Shown here in pieces: positions 29,671 to 39,346 of a DNA stretch of 64,000 nucleotides (within the stretch, counting starts at the first letter, position 1; each line of letters opens with the position of its first letter). The stretch is taken from assembly GCA_049719515.1 (NCBI GenBank), contig JBNARJ010000001.1:221096-285095 (forward strand). The letters are read 5' to 3'. Position numbers and translations under genes: made by a program. This stretch comes from Candidatus Saccharicenans sp. GTDB taxonomy: Bacteria; Acidobacteriota; Aminicenantia; Aminicenantales; Saccharicenantaceae. The notes beneath the pieces were generated by a model, which was not told the origin of the DNA, searched no databases, and saw nothing but the letters and a program-made list of their open reading frames with translations.

Positions 29671-32446
29671 TCTTTCCGGCTTCCCTCAACACCTGACTGC
29701 ATCTGGCACACAGCTGAGGATACTCAGAGTCCTGCCCGACCGAGGTGGAGAAATTCCAGCATCTTTCACACTTCTGCCCATCAGCTTTTTCAACTGTAAC
29801 TTGAAGTTCTCCTTCTGTGGCTGGTTCTACCTGGATGGCCGAGACGATAAACAGGGCCGGCAAGTCATTTTTAAATTCAGCCAGCAGGTCATAAACTTCT
29901 TCAGGAGCCCTGAACTTGAGTTTGGCCTCCAGTGAGTTGCCGATCAGCTTGATTTCCCTGGCTTTTTCCATCTCTTTTTGAACCTTTTCTCTAACTTCCA
30001 GAAGCCTGTCCACTTTCTTCATCATTTCCTCAGACAGCCACGGTTTTTCTTCACCGGGGAAATCCGTCAGATGAACAGATTCTTCTTTACCCTGATAAGC
30101 CGGCATGGCTTCCCAGGCTTCATCGGACGTAAAAGGCAGGATGGGGGCCATCATTTTAAGCGTATCCCGGAGAACCAGGAAAATGGCCGTCTGGCCAGAC
30201 CTTCTTTCCATTGAGCCGGCGCCGGAACAGTACATCCGGTCCTTGATGACATCCAGGTAAAAGGCGCTCAAATCAACCGTGAAGAAATTGTAAAGTGAGT
30301 GAAACACGATGTGGAATTCATACTCATCATAGGCTTCAATCACCCTGTTTCTCAGTTGCCGGTTTTTCTCCAGTATCCAGCGGTCCAGCCAGAGCATGCT
30401 TTCCGGCGGCACCAAATCATGGTCAGGGTTAAAATCATAAAGGTTCCCCAGCAAGAAACGCCAGGTATTCCTTATTTTGCGGTAGGCTTCGACCAGCCTC
30501 TGAAGTATTTCCTGACCAAACCGGGCATCTTCCTTGTAATTGAGCATGGCCACCCACAGCCTGAGGATTTCGGCTCCGTGTTGAGAGATGATCTCGTTCG
30601 GTTCTATGTAATTTCCCAGCGATTTGGACATCGCCCGACCCTGTTCATCCAGCACAAATCCGTGGGTCAAACAGGATTTATACGGGCTGCCATTTTTGGC
30701 TCCCACCCCGATGACCAGCGAGCTGTTAAACCAGCCGCGGTACTGGTCGTGGCCTTCCACATAAATATCCGCCGGCCAGGGAAGGTCAGGCCTTTTTCCC
30801 AGGATGCTGTGGCTGGCACCTGATTCAAACCAGACATCAAGGATGTTGTTTTCCTTCCTAAAATTCTGACCGCCGCAAACCGGGCATTTTTCTCCCGTGG
30901 GCAAAAGCTCAGCTGCCGGTTTCTCAAACCAGGCATTTGAACCTTCTTTTTCAAAGATATCGGCCACATGGCGGGTAATCCGGCCATCAGCCAGAATGTT
31001 CCCGCAATCTTCGCAGTAAAAGGCCGGGATGGGAACTCCCCAGGACCTCTGTCTGGATATGCACCAGTCCGGCCGGGCTTCCATCATGTTGGCAATTCTT
31101 TCTTCTCCCCAGTAAGGAATCCAGCGGATTTTCTTGATCTCTTCCAGCGTCCTTTTCCGCAGGTCATTTTTATCCATGGAAATAAACCACTGTTCGGTGG
31201 CCCGGAAAATTACGGGTTGTTTGCAGCGCCAGCAATGGGGGTAAGAATGGCTGATTTCGCTGGCCTTGAGCAGCGTTCCATCCTTCTTCATATCTTCAAT
31301 GATGACCGGGTTGGCTTCAAAAACATTCATCTTGCCATACCGTTCAACCTGAGGCAAAAATTTTCCTTCCTCGTCCACCGGGGTGTAAATATCAAGCCCG
31401 TAGACCGTGCCGGTCAGGTAATCATCATAACCGTGCCCTGGAGCGGTGTGCACACAACCCGTACCGTCATCAAGAGTAACGTAATCTGCCAGGACGAGAA
31501 CCGACTCCCGGTCGATAAAAGGATGCCGGGCTTTAAGCCCTTCCAGTTCCTTTCCTGAGAAAACCACTAATTCTTTATACTCACCCCAGCCCAGCTCTTC
31601 CGCCACGACCGGCAGCAGCCTCCTGGCCAGGATAAAAACTTCCTGACCGGCTTCGGCTGCCACATATTCATACTCCGGGTGAAAGGCGATGGCCAGGTTG
31701 GCCGGCAGCGTCCAGGGAGTGGTCGTCCAGATGATGATGGAAACTTTCTTTCCCTTTAAAACCGGGAATCTCTCAGACAGGTCAGAGAGCATCGGGAACT
31801 TCACATAAATTGAAGGTGATTTTTTTTCTCTGTATTCAATTTCAGCTTCAGCCAGGGCTGTCTGGCAATGCAGACACCAGTGAACCGGCCTTTTTCCTTT
31901 GTAAACATTGCCCGAATCAAAAAAGGCAGCCAGGAACCTCAAGATGTCTGCTTCGTACTCCGGGTTCATCGTCAGGTAAGGTTTCTGCCACTCACCAAAA
32001 ACTCCCAAGCGCACGAATTCATCTCTCTGAATATCGATAAATTTGAGGGCATACCTGCGACATTCTTCCCTTTTTTCGATGACTGAAATCTGCTTCTTCC
32101 TATCCCCGAGCAGCTGGTCCACCCTGATTTCAATCGGCAGGCCATGACAGTCCCAGCCGGGGATATAAGGAGACAGGTAACCCCTCATGGTCTTCGATTT
32201 GACGATAAAATCCTTGAGGATTTTATTCAGAGCCGTGCCCAGGTGGATGTGGCCATTTGCGTAAGGCGGGCCGTCATGCAGGACAAATGTGGGATGCCCC
32301 TGGCGTCTTTCCTGAATTTTCTGGTAAAGGTTAATTTTATCCCATTTTTTGATTATCTCCGGCTCCTTTTGAGCCAGCTGGGCTTTCATGGCAAAGCTCG
32401 TTTGAGGAAGGTTCAGGGTCTTTTTCAGGTCATTCTTGTCAGCCAT
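29663..32446 (-). CDS. ileS: Isoleucyl-tRNA synthetase
   Basis: HIGH motif (PPYANGHIHLGTALNK), KMSKS motif (KMSKSLGN), CP1 editing domain, and a C-terminal zinc finger (CERCWNF...CARC). 927 aa. Confidence 0.95.
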   Translation of the reverse strand: MADKNDLKKTLNLPQTSFAMKAQLAQKEPEIIKKWDKINLYQKIQERRQGHPTFVLHDGPPYANGHIHLGTALNKILKDFIVKSKTMRGYLSPYIPGWDCHGLPIEIRVDQLLGDRKKQISVIEKREECRRYALKFIDIQRDEFVRLGVFGEWQKPYLTMNPEYEADILRFLAAFFDSGNVYKGKRPVHWCLHCQTALAEAEIEYREKKSPSIYVKFPMLSDLSERFPVLKGKKVSIIIWTTTPWTLPANLAIAFHPEYEYVAAEAGQEVFILARRLLPVVAEELGWGEYKELVVFSGKELEGLKARHPFIDRESVLVLADYVTLDDGTGCVHTAPGHGYDDYLTGTVYGLDIYTPVDEEGKFLPQVERYGKMNVFEANPVIIEDMKKDGTLLKASEISHSYPHCWRCKQPVIFRATEQWFISMDKNDLRKRTLEEIKKIRWIPYWGEERIANMMEARPDWCISRQRSWGVPIPAFYCEDCGNILADGRITRHVADIFEKEGSNAWFEKPAAELLPTGEKCPVCGGQNFRKENNILDVWFESGASHSILGKRPDLPWPADIYVEGHDQYRGWFNSSLVIGVGAKNGSPYKSCLTHGFVLDEQGRAMSKSLGNYIEPNEIISQHGAEILRLWVAMLNYKEDARFGQEILQRLVEAYRKIRNTWRFLLGNLYDFNPDHDLVPPESMLWLDRWILEKNRQLRNRVIEAYDEYEFHIVFHSLYNFFTVDLSAFYLDVIKDRMYCSGAGSMERRSGQTAIFLVLRDTLKMMAPILPFTSDEAWEAMPAYQGKEESVHLTDFPGEEKPWLSEEMMKKVDRLLEVREKVQKEMEKAREIKLIGNSLEAKLKFRAPEEVYDLLAEFKNDLPALFIVSAIQVEPATEGELQVTVEKADGQKCERCWNFSTSVGQDSEYPQLCARCSQVLREAGKNE

Positions 32447-32562
32447 GGATAAACTCCACCATAAATTAAAAATTTGTTTTATTATAAAACACCTCAGGCT
32501 AAACTGCCATACCTGAGGGGGTGATTGTCGTAAATTTTTAAAATAACCTGTTTAGAATAAAC

Positions 32563-34146
32563 TCAATCTTTCCGGTAATGAGCACCACGGCTTTCTGGGT
32601 TGGACAGGGCGGCATAGGTAATCATCAGAGCCACATGGATTCCATGCCTTAAATCAACCAGCTGGGGGTCCATCGGAGCTTCTTTGTAAAAACGGTCAAT
32701 TCTGTGTTTCAGGTATTCGAGGTCAGCCCTGGCTCTTTCCAGCCGGCGGGCCGTGCGAACGATTCCGGCATAATTCCACATGGTGCTTCTGATGGTCGCC
32801 CAGTCCTGATGAATCAGGGCCGGGTCAATCTCTTCTCCATCAGTCGGGTAATACCAGGGATGAATCTCTTCCGGGTTGCAGGCCAGGGCCGGGCTGAACC
32901 TATCAGCAATGTCTTTCACCGCCCTTCTTCCCCAGACCAGCCCTTCCAGGAGTGAGGTTGAAGCCAAACGATTTGCCCCGTGAACACCCGTGCAGGCCAC
33001 CTCGCCCACCGCATAAAGCCCGGAAAGAGAGGAACGGCCCCAGGTATCAACCAGTACGCCTCCGCAGCAAAAATGAGCCGCCGGAACAACCGGTATCGGC
33101 TGTTTCGTGATGTCAATTCCGTATTGCAGGCAAGTTTTGTATATGTGAGGAAATCTCTTTTTTATGTTTAGTTTGACATAATTAGCCACATCCAGCAATA
33201 CATACTCCGAATTGCTGTTAACCATTTCCTGGTAGATCGCCCTGGTAACCTCGTCTCTGGGCGCCAGGTCCCGCAGCGGGCTGTATTTTTCCATAAAAGT
33301 CTGGCCATCTCTGGTTTTAAGCCTGGCCCCCTCCCCCCTTACAGATTCAGATATCAGAAAACTATCGGCCTCGCGATGGTAAAGAGCCGTCGGATGAAAC
33401 TGGATGTATTCCATGTTGACGATGCGTGCCCCGGCTCTCAGGGCCATGGCATAACCTGAACCAACCGCTGTTTTCGGGTTGGAGGTGAACTTAAAGACCG
33501 CTCCACATCCGCCAGTCGCCAGAATGGTATAAGGGGCAATGAATTTTTTAATCTTCCGGGTGTGGTTGTCCAGAACATAGGCTCCCAAACAGCGCGGTGG
33601 CTGATAATAGTGCAAAGGATTTTTCGAGTGATGTGGTATGGTCAGCAGGTCGACCGCTGTATGGTCAAAAAAGAAATGGATGTTGGGAAGTTCAGACAAT
33701 TTGCGGTAAAAAGCCTGACTGATGGTCTGACCGGTGGCATCAGCCACATGCAGGATGCGGCGGCGCGAATGTCCGCCTTCCAGCGCATAATCGAGTTTAT
33801 CGGGTGCGGTGCGCGCAAAAGGTATTTTCAGTTCATCAATCAAAATTTCATCGACCGCTTTTTTCCCCTCTCTGACCAGCACCTCCACCGCTTCCGGGTT
33901 GTTTATACCATCGCCGGCCCGCATGATATCTTCATACAGCAGTTCAGGTTGGTCATCCTCACCAAAAGAAACAATGCCGCCCTGGGCCCAGTACGTGTTA
34001 GAACCTTCGGGGCCAGAAGATTTAACGACGACGTTAACCTCAAACCCCTGGCGGGCTGCTTCCAGGGCAGCCGTCGCGCCGGCAATTCCGAGACCGATAA
34101 TCAAAATGTCTGAATAAAATTCTTCGTCTCTGGTTATCTGAGCCAT
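32563..34146 (-). CDS. nadB: L-aspartate oxidase
   Basis: FAD-binding N-terminus DILIIGLGIAGATAALEAA and the succinate dehydrogenase/fumarate reductase flavoprotein fold. 527 aa, adjacent to nadC. Confidence 0.9.
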   Translation of the reverse strand: MAQITRDEEFYSDILIIGLGIAGATAALEAARQGFEVNVVVKSSGPEGSNTYWAQGGIVSFGEDDQPELLYEDIMRAGDGINNPEAVEVLVREGKKAVDEILIDELKIPFARTAPDKLDYALEGGHSRRRILHVADATGQTISQAFYRKLSELPNIHFFFDHTAVDLLTIPHHSKNPLHYYQPPRCLGAYVLDNHTRKIKKFIAPYTILATGGCGAVFKFTSNPKTAVGSGYAMALRAGARIVNMEYIQFHPTALYHREADSFLISESVRGEGARLKTRDGQTFMEKYSPLRDLAPRDEVTRAIYQEMVNSNSEYVLLDVANYVKLNIKKRFPHIYKTCLQYGIDITKQPIPVVPAAHFCCGGVLVDTWGRSSLSGLYAVGEVACTGVHGANRLASTSLLEGLVWGRRAVKDIADRFSPALACNPEEIHPWYYPTDGEEIDPALIHQDWATIRSTMWNYAGIVRTARRLERARADLEYLKHRIDRFYKEAPMDPQLVDLRHGIHVALMITYAALSNPESRGAHYRKD

Positions 34147-34155
34147 TCTTTTGCT

Positions 34156-35016
34156 TCACAAAAATTCAAGGGAAATATCTGCTGATTTAAATGAGTGAGT
34201 TAAAGCTCCTACCGAAATGTAATCCACTCCGGTTTCAGCCAGGCTTCTGACGTTATCTAAACGGACCTTGCCCGATATTTCCAAAGGAACCCGGCCAGAA
34301 ACCAGCTCTACCGAAGCTTTGATCTGGGGCAAATCCATGTTGTCGAGCATGATCCAATCCGCCCCATTTTCCAGGGCTTCTCTGACTTCCTCGATGGAAG
34401 TTGTTTCTACTTCGATTTTAATTCCCGTTAAACCTTTTCTCTCTATGTAAGCCCGAGCTTTCTTTAAGGCCGGTCCGATGCCACCGGCCGCCCTGATGTG
34501 ATTATCCTTGATGAGCATCATTTCGGACAGGTTAAGTCGATGGTTTTTCCCGCCGCCCATCCTGACCGCATATTTTTCCAGGAACCTCCAGCCCGGGGTA
34601 GTTTTCCGTGTATCCAGGATACTGGCCTTGGTGCCTGCCACCGCCCGGACAAATTCTCCGGTGAAGGTGGCCACCCCGCTCAGGCGCTGCAAGAAATTGA
34701 GCGCCGTGCGTTCGGCTTTCAAAAGAGCTGAAGCCTGACCGCCAATTTCAGCCAGCACCTGTCCGGGTTTGAACTCCTGACCGTCTTCCATTTTCTTTAT
34801 GAAGTTAACCCGGCTGTCTACCTTTTCAAAAACCCTCTGAGCCACATCCAGACCGGCCAGGATACCGGTCTGCTTGGCCAGCAAGACGGCCGAGGCTAAA
34901 CTGCCTTCTTCGATTATGGCTTCCGTGGTGATGTCACCGCCAGGCAGGTCTTCTTGCAGAGCCAGGTCTATCAGATGGTCAATTTTATCCAGATGAACTA
35001 ATAGTTCCGGTCTCAT
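34156..35016 (-). CDS. nadC: Nicotinate-nucleotide pyrophosphorylase (carboxylating), quinolinate PRTase
   Basis: 286-aa QPRTase fold (MLDNMDL.., TRKTTPGWR). Lies immediately upstream of nadB on the same strand. Confidence 0.9.
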   Translation of the reverse strand: MRPELLVHLDKIDHLIDLALQEDLPGGDITTEAIIEEGSLASAVLLAKQTGILAGLDVAQRVFEKVDSRVNFIKKMEDGQEFKPGQVLAEIGGQASALLKAERTALNFLQRLSGVATFTGEFVRAVAGTKASILDTRKTTPGWRFLEKYAVRMGGGKNHRLNLSEMMLIKDNHIRAAGGIGPALKKARAYIERKGLTGIKIEVETTSIEEVREALENGADWIMLDNMDLPQIKASVELVSGRVPLEISGKVRLDNVRSLAETGVDYISVGALTHSFKSADISLEFL

Positions 35017-35023
35017 CAGGTCG

Positions 35024-35052
35024 ATTATATGGGTTTACCTTTTGCAGGTCAA
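35024..35052 (-). promoter_or_regulatory. Consensus sigma70-type promoter for nadC-nadB (TTGACC, 17 nt spacer, TATAAT); start codon about 8 nt after the -10 box, implying a leaderless or near-leaderless mRNA
   Basis: Minus-strand read: TTGACC tgcaaaaggtaaaccca TATAAT cgacctg ATG. The -35 is plus 35047-35052, the -10 is plus 35024-35029, and the nadC ATG is at 35016. Confidence 0.4.
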
Positions 35053-35209
35053 CCAGGTTCTCAAATCAAATGACGACGTGTCAGAAATTATTATTGGCCA
35101 CCAGGACAGCATTTTTTTCGAAATTAATACGGCAGAACCGCTTTTCGCCTTCAGTCTGCTCTGACTCTCACGGGCTTATAAAAGTGGGCAGAACCACGGC
35201 CGTCGGTGC

Positions 35210-35812
35210 TTAAACCTCAGCCGCTGGCTTCTGTCCAAAGCGGTTCAGGTGAACCACGCTTTCAAGTCTTCTCTTGGGCACGTGCAAAGTGCCGGATTCA
35301 TCTTTCCAGTATCTAACCGAACCGGCAAAATCTTCGACAACCGGGCTCTCATCAGGATATCCCAGGGCGATAACCGAATCTATGCGATATTTATCTGGCA
35401 CAGAGAGTATGGCCCGGACACTTTCCCGGTCGACGGAAATTAACCAGCAGCTGCCCAGGCCCTGGGCTAAAGCGGCCAGGATGATGTTTTCGGCGGCCGC
35501 CCCCACATCATATTCATAGCCCTTATCACGAACTTCAGTGTTAACCAGAATGACCACATAAGCTGTCGGCTCGTGTCCGGGTCTGGGGTCACCGGCCGGC
35601 GAAATGTAAGCCGCCCACCTGAGGCAGGAAAAAATTTTCTTTCTTACCTCTGGGTCCTTGACCAGCACAAATTCCAGAGGTTGCAGGTTAGCGGCAGATG
35701 GCGCCAGCCGTCCCGCATCCGCTAATTTTAACAGCACCCGGTCGGGAATTTCTTCTGGCTTAAATTGCCGGATGGTTCTCCTCTTTTTTATTAATTCCAG
35801 AAATTCCTGCAT
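35210..35812 (-). CDS. Nitroreductase-family flavoprotein
   Basis: RRTIRQF..., LAPSAANLQP and the nitroreductase fold. 200 aa. GGGAGG RBS. Confidence 0.8.
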   Translation of the reverse strand: MQEFLELIKKRRTIRQFKPEEIPDRVLLKLADAGRLAPSAANLQPLEFVLVKDPEVRKKIFSCLRWAAYISPAGDPRPGHEPTAYVVILVNTEVRDKGYEYDVGAAAENIILAALAQGLGSCWLISVDRESVRAILSVPDKYRIDSVIALGYPDESPVVEDFAGSVRYWKDESGTLHVPKRRLESVVHLNRFGQKPAAEV

Positions 35813-35835
35813 GGCTTTTCCTCCCGTTAAATTAA

Positions 35836-37017
35836 TCAGGCTCGCGCTGGCTCCGGAGCCTTAAGATTAAAAGCCAGGTTAGCCAGTATTAGCAGCATAC
35901 CGGCCACCAGGTACATTTTTTTCAGGCCAACCAGTTCGATAATCCATCCATAAAAAATTGAACCAAACCCCATGCCCACATCAAAGAGTGAATTGTACAA
36001 ACCAATAGCCAGGCCCTTGTTTTCCTGGCCCATAAAATCTATCAGATAGGTGCTCAGGGCAGGAAAAATCAACCCCTGCCCGAACCCGCCGATGAACCCC
36101 GACAGCAGCATAATAGGAAAACTTTTCATCGAGGCAATGATAAAAAGGTTCAGGCCAATCACCAGGGCCGAGATGAATACCACTTTTTTTCGCCCGTATT
36201 CATCTGACAGCCCGCCCAGCTTGAAGCGGGACAGAATGGCGGCGGCCGAGAAAATCACAAAAAAAGGGCCAACGCGGCCCAGGTTCAGCGATTTTACCAG
36301 CAAAGGGATAAAATAAATTACCGCCCCGCGCACTGAACCGTGAAAAACGGGCATAAAACCTATTATCAGCAGAACGAAGAAAGAATAATTTTTCCAGCGC
36401 TGTGTTACCTGCCCGGACGGCGAACTGCTTCCTCGGTCTTCACGGGGAAGCTCTCGGGCAATTATTATCAACACCAGAGAAAGCAAAAGAAAAAAAACAC
36501 AGGCATTGAACAGGCCAGAAAAACCAAAATGCAGGATTATCTCCTCACCGAGTGACGGACCGACCGCGTTGGCAATCAACCCCGCCACCCCGACGATGCC
36601 GATTGACCTGGCCATGCTTTGAACCGGAGCCAGGTCAGTGCACATGGCAATGGTGGCCGTCATGCTTATGCCCCAGCCAATCCCGGTTAAAGCGCGCAGC
36701 AAAACCGGAAATACCCCGGCATCTATCACCAGGTGAAACAGCGGCACGGAAGCCAAAAGGACAAGCAGCCCGCCGATGGCTATTTTCTTGCCGCTTTTCT
36801 GGTCTATCAGCGGCCCAAAAAAGGGTCTAACCATGATGGCCGTCAGACTGTGGATGCCCATGATTAAACCGACCTGACTTTCACGGGGAGAAAATTGCTT
36901 AAAAAAAAGCGGCAGAAGGAAAAGAAGGCTAATAGACAGATAAAGAAAAAAATAAGCCAGCAACCCAAGGATAAAGTCCCGCGTCCAGAGCCTGCTCCGG
37001 TCATTTTGTCCGTTCAT
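35836..37017 (-). CDS. MFS transporter
   Basis: 393-aa protein with 12 predicted TM segments. The MFS motif G-x-L-x-D-(R/K) is present as GPLIDQKSGKK. Confidence 0.8.
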   Translation of the reverse strand: MNGQNDRSRLWTRDFILGLLAYFFLYLSISLLFLLPLFFKQFSPRESQVGLIMGIHSLTAIMVRPFFGPLIDQKSGKKIAIGGLLVLLASVPLFHLVIDAGVFPVLLRALTGIGWGISMTATIAMCTDLAPVQSMARSIGIVGVAGLIANAVGPSLGEEIILHFGFSGLFNACVFFLLLSLVLIIIARELPREDRGSSSPSGQVTQRWKNYSFFVLLIIGFMPVFHGSVRGAVIYFIPLLVKSLNLGRVGPFFVIFSAAAILSRFKLGGLSDEYGRKKVVFISALVIGLNLFIIASMKSFPIMLLSGFIGGFGQGLIFPALSTYLIDFMGQENKGLAIGLYNSLFDVGMGFGSIFYGWIIELVGLKKMYLVAGMLLILANLAFNLKAPEPARA

Positions 37018-37162
37018 ACTTCTTATTTTTTTCCGTTCCTGAAAAGCATTATTTTTTCTTAAAGCTTATAAATAACTCAGTTTGGTTGATTTGTAAACAA
37101 ATAAGGTGCTGGCTGTAGGGGGTTAGGGGAAAATTAAGGGGATGATTGAAAGAGGGTATCAC

Positions 37163-37207
37163 CGAACTCTGCCCAGCCAGCGCAACAGAGTTCGCTTATA
37201 TTTTAGC
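37163..37207 (+). terminator. Terminator-like hairpin in the 5' leader of the yitT-family gene (possible attenuator or end of a small RNA)
   Basis: CGAACTCTG-(14 nt)-CAGAGTTCG: a 9-bp perfect stem followed by CTTATATTTTAG. It sits ~160 nt upstream of the 37367 ATG and is preceded by the G-tract run GGGGGTTAGGGGAAAATTAAGGGG. Confidence 0.35.
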
Positions 37208-37366
37208 AATTTCAAGACGGATATCAAGAAAATTAAAATCTGGCAATTCAACCCGAAAGTTGTCCTTAAAGCTAAATTCCAGGCTGGTTTGTTGACAACT
37301 CGAAACACCTGTGTTAGAAATTTCAAAAAAACTTCCACCTGAAGGAAGGGTCAGGAGAAGAAAAAC

Positions 37367-38242
37367 ATGGTAGCATTAAGCCAAAATACTATAAAAAAAA
37401 CTGTTAAAAATGTGCTCTTTATACTTCTGGGCTCAGCCGTGATGGGCCTCGGCTATTCTCTTTTCCTTATCCCCTTTCACCTGGTGCCCGGCGGAGTTTC
37501 GGGCATCTCTATCATACTGAATTACCTTTTCAAATGGCCGGTTGGCCTGGTTACCATAGCGTTGAACATCCCGATTTTTCTGCTGAGCTTCAAATTCCTC
37601 GGGAAAAATTATGTGATTAACACATTAATCGGGATGGGCACCTCTTCCCTGTTTATAGATTTCTTCCATGAAGTCTTAAAATTGCCCCGCGGAACAGAAA
37701 ATCCGCTCCTGGCCGCCATCTACGGGGGCCTGCTGCTCGGACTCGGCCTTGGACTGGTTTTTAAAGGTGAAGCTTCTACTGGCGGCTCTGACGTCATTGG
37801 ACTTATCCTCAACAGGTATACGGGCGTTTCAGTTGGCATAGGTATTATGCTGACTGATTTCTTCATCATTTCCGCCTCCGGCCTGGTTTTTAAAAACCTG
37901 GAAGCGCCCCTCTACGGCTACATTGTGCTGTTCATTTCTTCCAAAGTCATCGACCTGGTGCTGGAAGGCTGGAGTTTCTCCAAGCTGGTCATCATCACTT
38001 CCTCCAAGACAGAAGAAATAACGGATTTTATCCTGAACAGGCTCGACCGCAGCGGGAGTGCTTTAAAATCCAGGTCGCTTTATTTGAACAAAGAAGGTGA
38101 AATCATCATCACCGTTATTCATCGTAAACAACTGCCCGAACTCAAATCTTTCATCAAGAAAGTGGACCCCAAAGCCTTTGTTATCATTAACGATACATAC
38201 GAGGTGCTGGGTAAAGGCTTTAAACCCATACATTCCAGTTAA
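37367..38242 (+). CDS. YitT/YqfU-family membrane protein (DUF161 with C-terminal DUF2179)
   Basis: N-terminus GSAVMGLGYSLFLIPFHLVPGGVSGISII is highly characteristic of the YitT family. 291 aa. Confidence 0.8.
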   Translation: MVALSQNTIKKTVKNVLFILLGSAVMGLGYSLFLIPFHLVPGGVSGISIILNYLFKWPVGLVTIALNIPIFLLSFKFLGKNYVINTLIGMGTSSLFIDFFHEVLKLPRGTENPLLAAIYGGLLLGLGLGLVFKGEASTGGSDVIGLILNRYTGVSVGIGIMLTDFFIISASGLVFKNLEAPLYGYIVLFISSKVIDLVLEGWSFSKLVIITSSKTEEITDFILNRLDRSGSALKSRSLYLNKEGEIIITVIHRKQLPELKSFIKKVDPKAFVIINDTYEVLGKGFKPIHSS

Positions 38243-38362
38243 ATTATCTTCAAAAAATTTCCTGAAAAAATTTATTTGTCTGTCCTTTTCTTCTGTGCTA
38301 AACATATTAACTTAACAAGAAGCCGGACTGAGTTCAGGGGCTTAAGAGGAGGCAAAATTAAC

Positions 38363-39346
38363 ATGTTTGAACAGACTTTCATGGATTTTTTGCTCGAACA
38401 TCAGGAAAGGCACGGCCGCACCTATCATTTTTTGATTCTGATGAACTCCATCTTAAACGCGGCCAAGAGAATCCAGCATTATTACCTGACCGGTGCGCTT
38501 AAAGGATACCTGAGTCTGACCGGGCAGATAAATGTTCAGGGCGAAAGCTGCCTGAGGCTCGATGAGATGGCCAACGAAGTGGTAAAACATTACCTGCGGC
38601 GCTCGGGCCGGGTAATTCAGGCGGTGAGTGAAGAAGAAAAAGACATCATTTCCATGAACCCGGAAGGCCGGTATTTTGTCTATTATGACCCCCTGGATGG
38701 CTCTTCTAACATTCCGCACAACCTGCCGGTTGGCTTCCTTTTTGGCATCGCCAAAAGAAACCTGGCCGGCCCGGAAGATTACCATCTGCGAGCCGGGCAG
38801 GAGTTTATTGCCGCCGGCATGTTCGTTATTCCCACCGGCACCTTTACCATTGCTCTGAAGGAGGCCGGGTGCTGGCGCTTTCACATTGATGAAACCATGA
38901 ACTACGTCAAGCCGACCCGTCTCCAGCTTCCTGATGACCGCAAAACCTGGGAGCTATCATACAACGTGGCTCACCGGGAATACTATCGTCGGGAAATTTC
39001 TGACTGGCTTTTAAGAAATGAAAAAAAGTATCAGTTTCGTTATCTGGGGGCTCTGGCTGGCGATTTTCATCGTTTGCTGACCAACGGCGGTTTATTCCTT
39101 TACCCGGCCATTGTTAACCATCCTGACCCGAAAAAAAATTACCCTGAAGGCAAATTAAGGTTGATGTATGAGGCAGCCGTGGTCAGCTTTATGTGCCGGG
39201 AAGCCGGCGGTCTGGCCATCAATGAACAGGGACATTCGATACTGGAGATAGTTCCGACTCACCATCATCAGCGCACCACTCTGCTGGTTGGCTCCAGGGA
39301 ACTGGTTGAAGACATAGCGGCTTTTCTGTCAGGCCGTGCCGACTAA
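38363..39346 (+). CDS. fbp: Fructose-1,6-bisphosphatase class 1
   Basis: Aligns with E. coli Fbp from memory: SEEE(K)DI; YDPLDGSSNI; AAGMFV..GT; RYLGALAGDFHRLL; GGLFLYP; HPDGKLRL; EAGG.A; HQR..L.VGS...VEDI. The 29-aa N-terminal extension in the ORF track was rejected; ATG at 38363 has a perfect AAGAGGAGG RBS. Confidence 0.85.
   Translation: MFEQTFMDFLLEHQERHGRTYHFLILMNSILNAAKRIQHYYLTGALKGYLSLTGQINVQGESCLRLDEMANEVVKHYLRRSGRVIQAVSEEEKDIISMNPEGRYFVYYDPLDGSSNIPHNLPVGFLFGIAKRNLAGPEDYHLRAGQEFIAAGMFVIPTGTFTIALKEAGCWRFHIDETMNYVKPTRLQLPDDRKTWELSYNVAHREYYRREISDWLLRNEKKYQFRYLGALAGDFHRLLTNGGLFLYPAIVNHPDPKKNYPEGKLRLMYEAAVVSFMCREAGGLAINEQGHSILEIVPTHHHQRTTLLVGSRELVEDIAAFLSGRAD

Noticed and set aside
38276-38362. 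29-codon N-terminal extension of fbp in the ORF track
   Set aside because: The extension has no homology to FBPase N-termini. An ATG with a perfect AAGAGGAGG RBS at 38363 gives a protein matching the class-I FBPase start.
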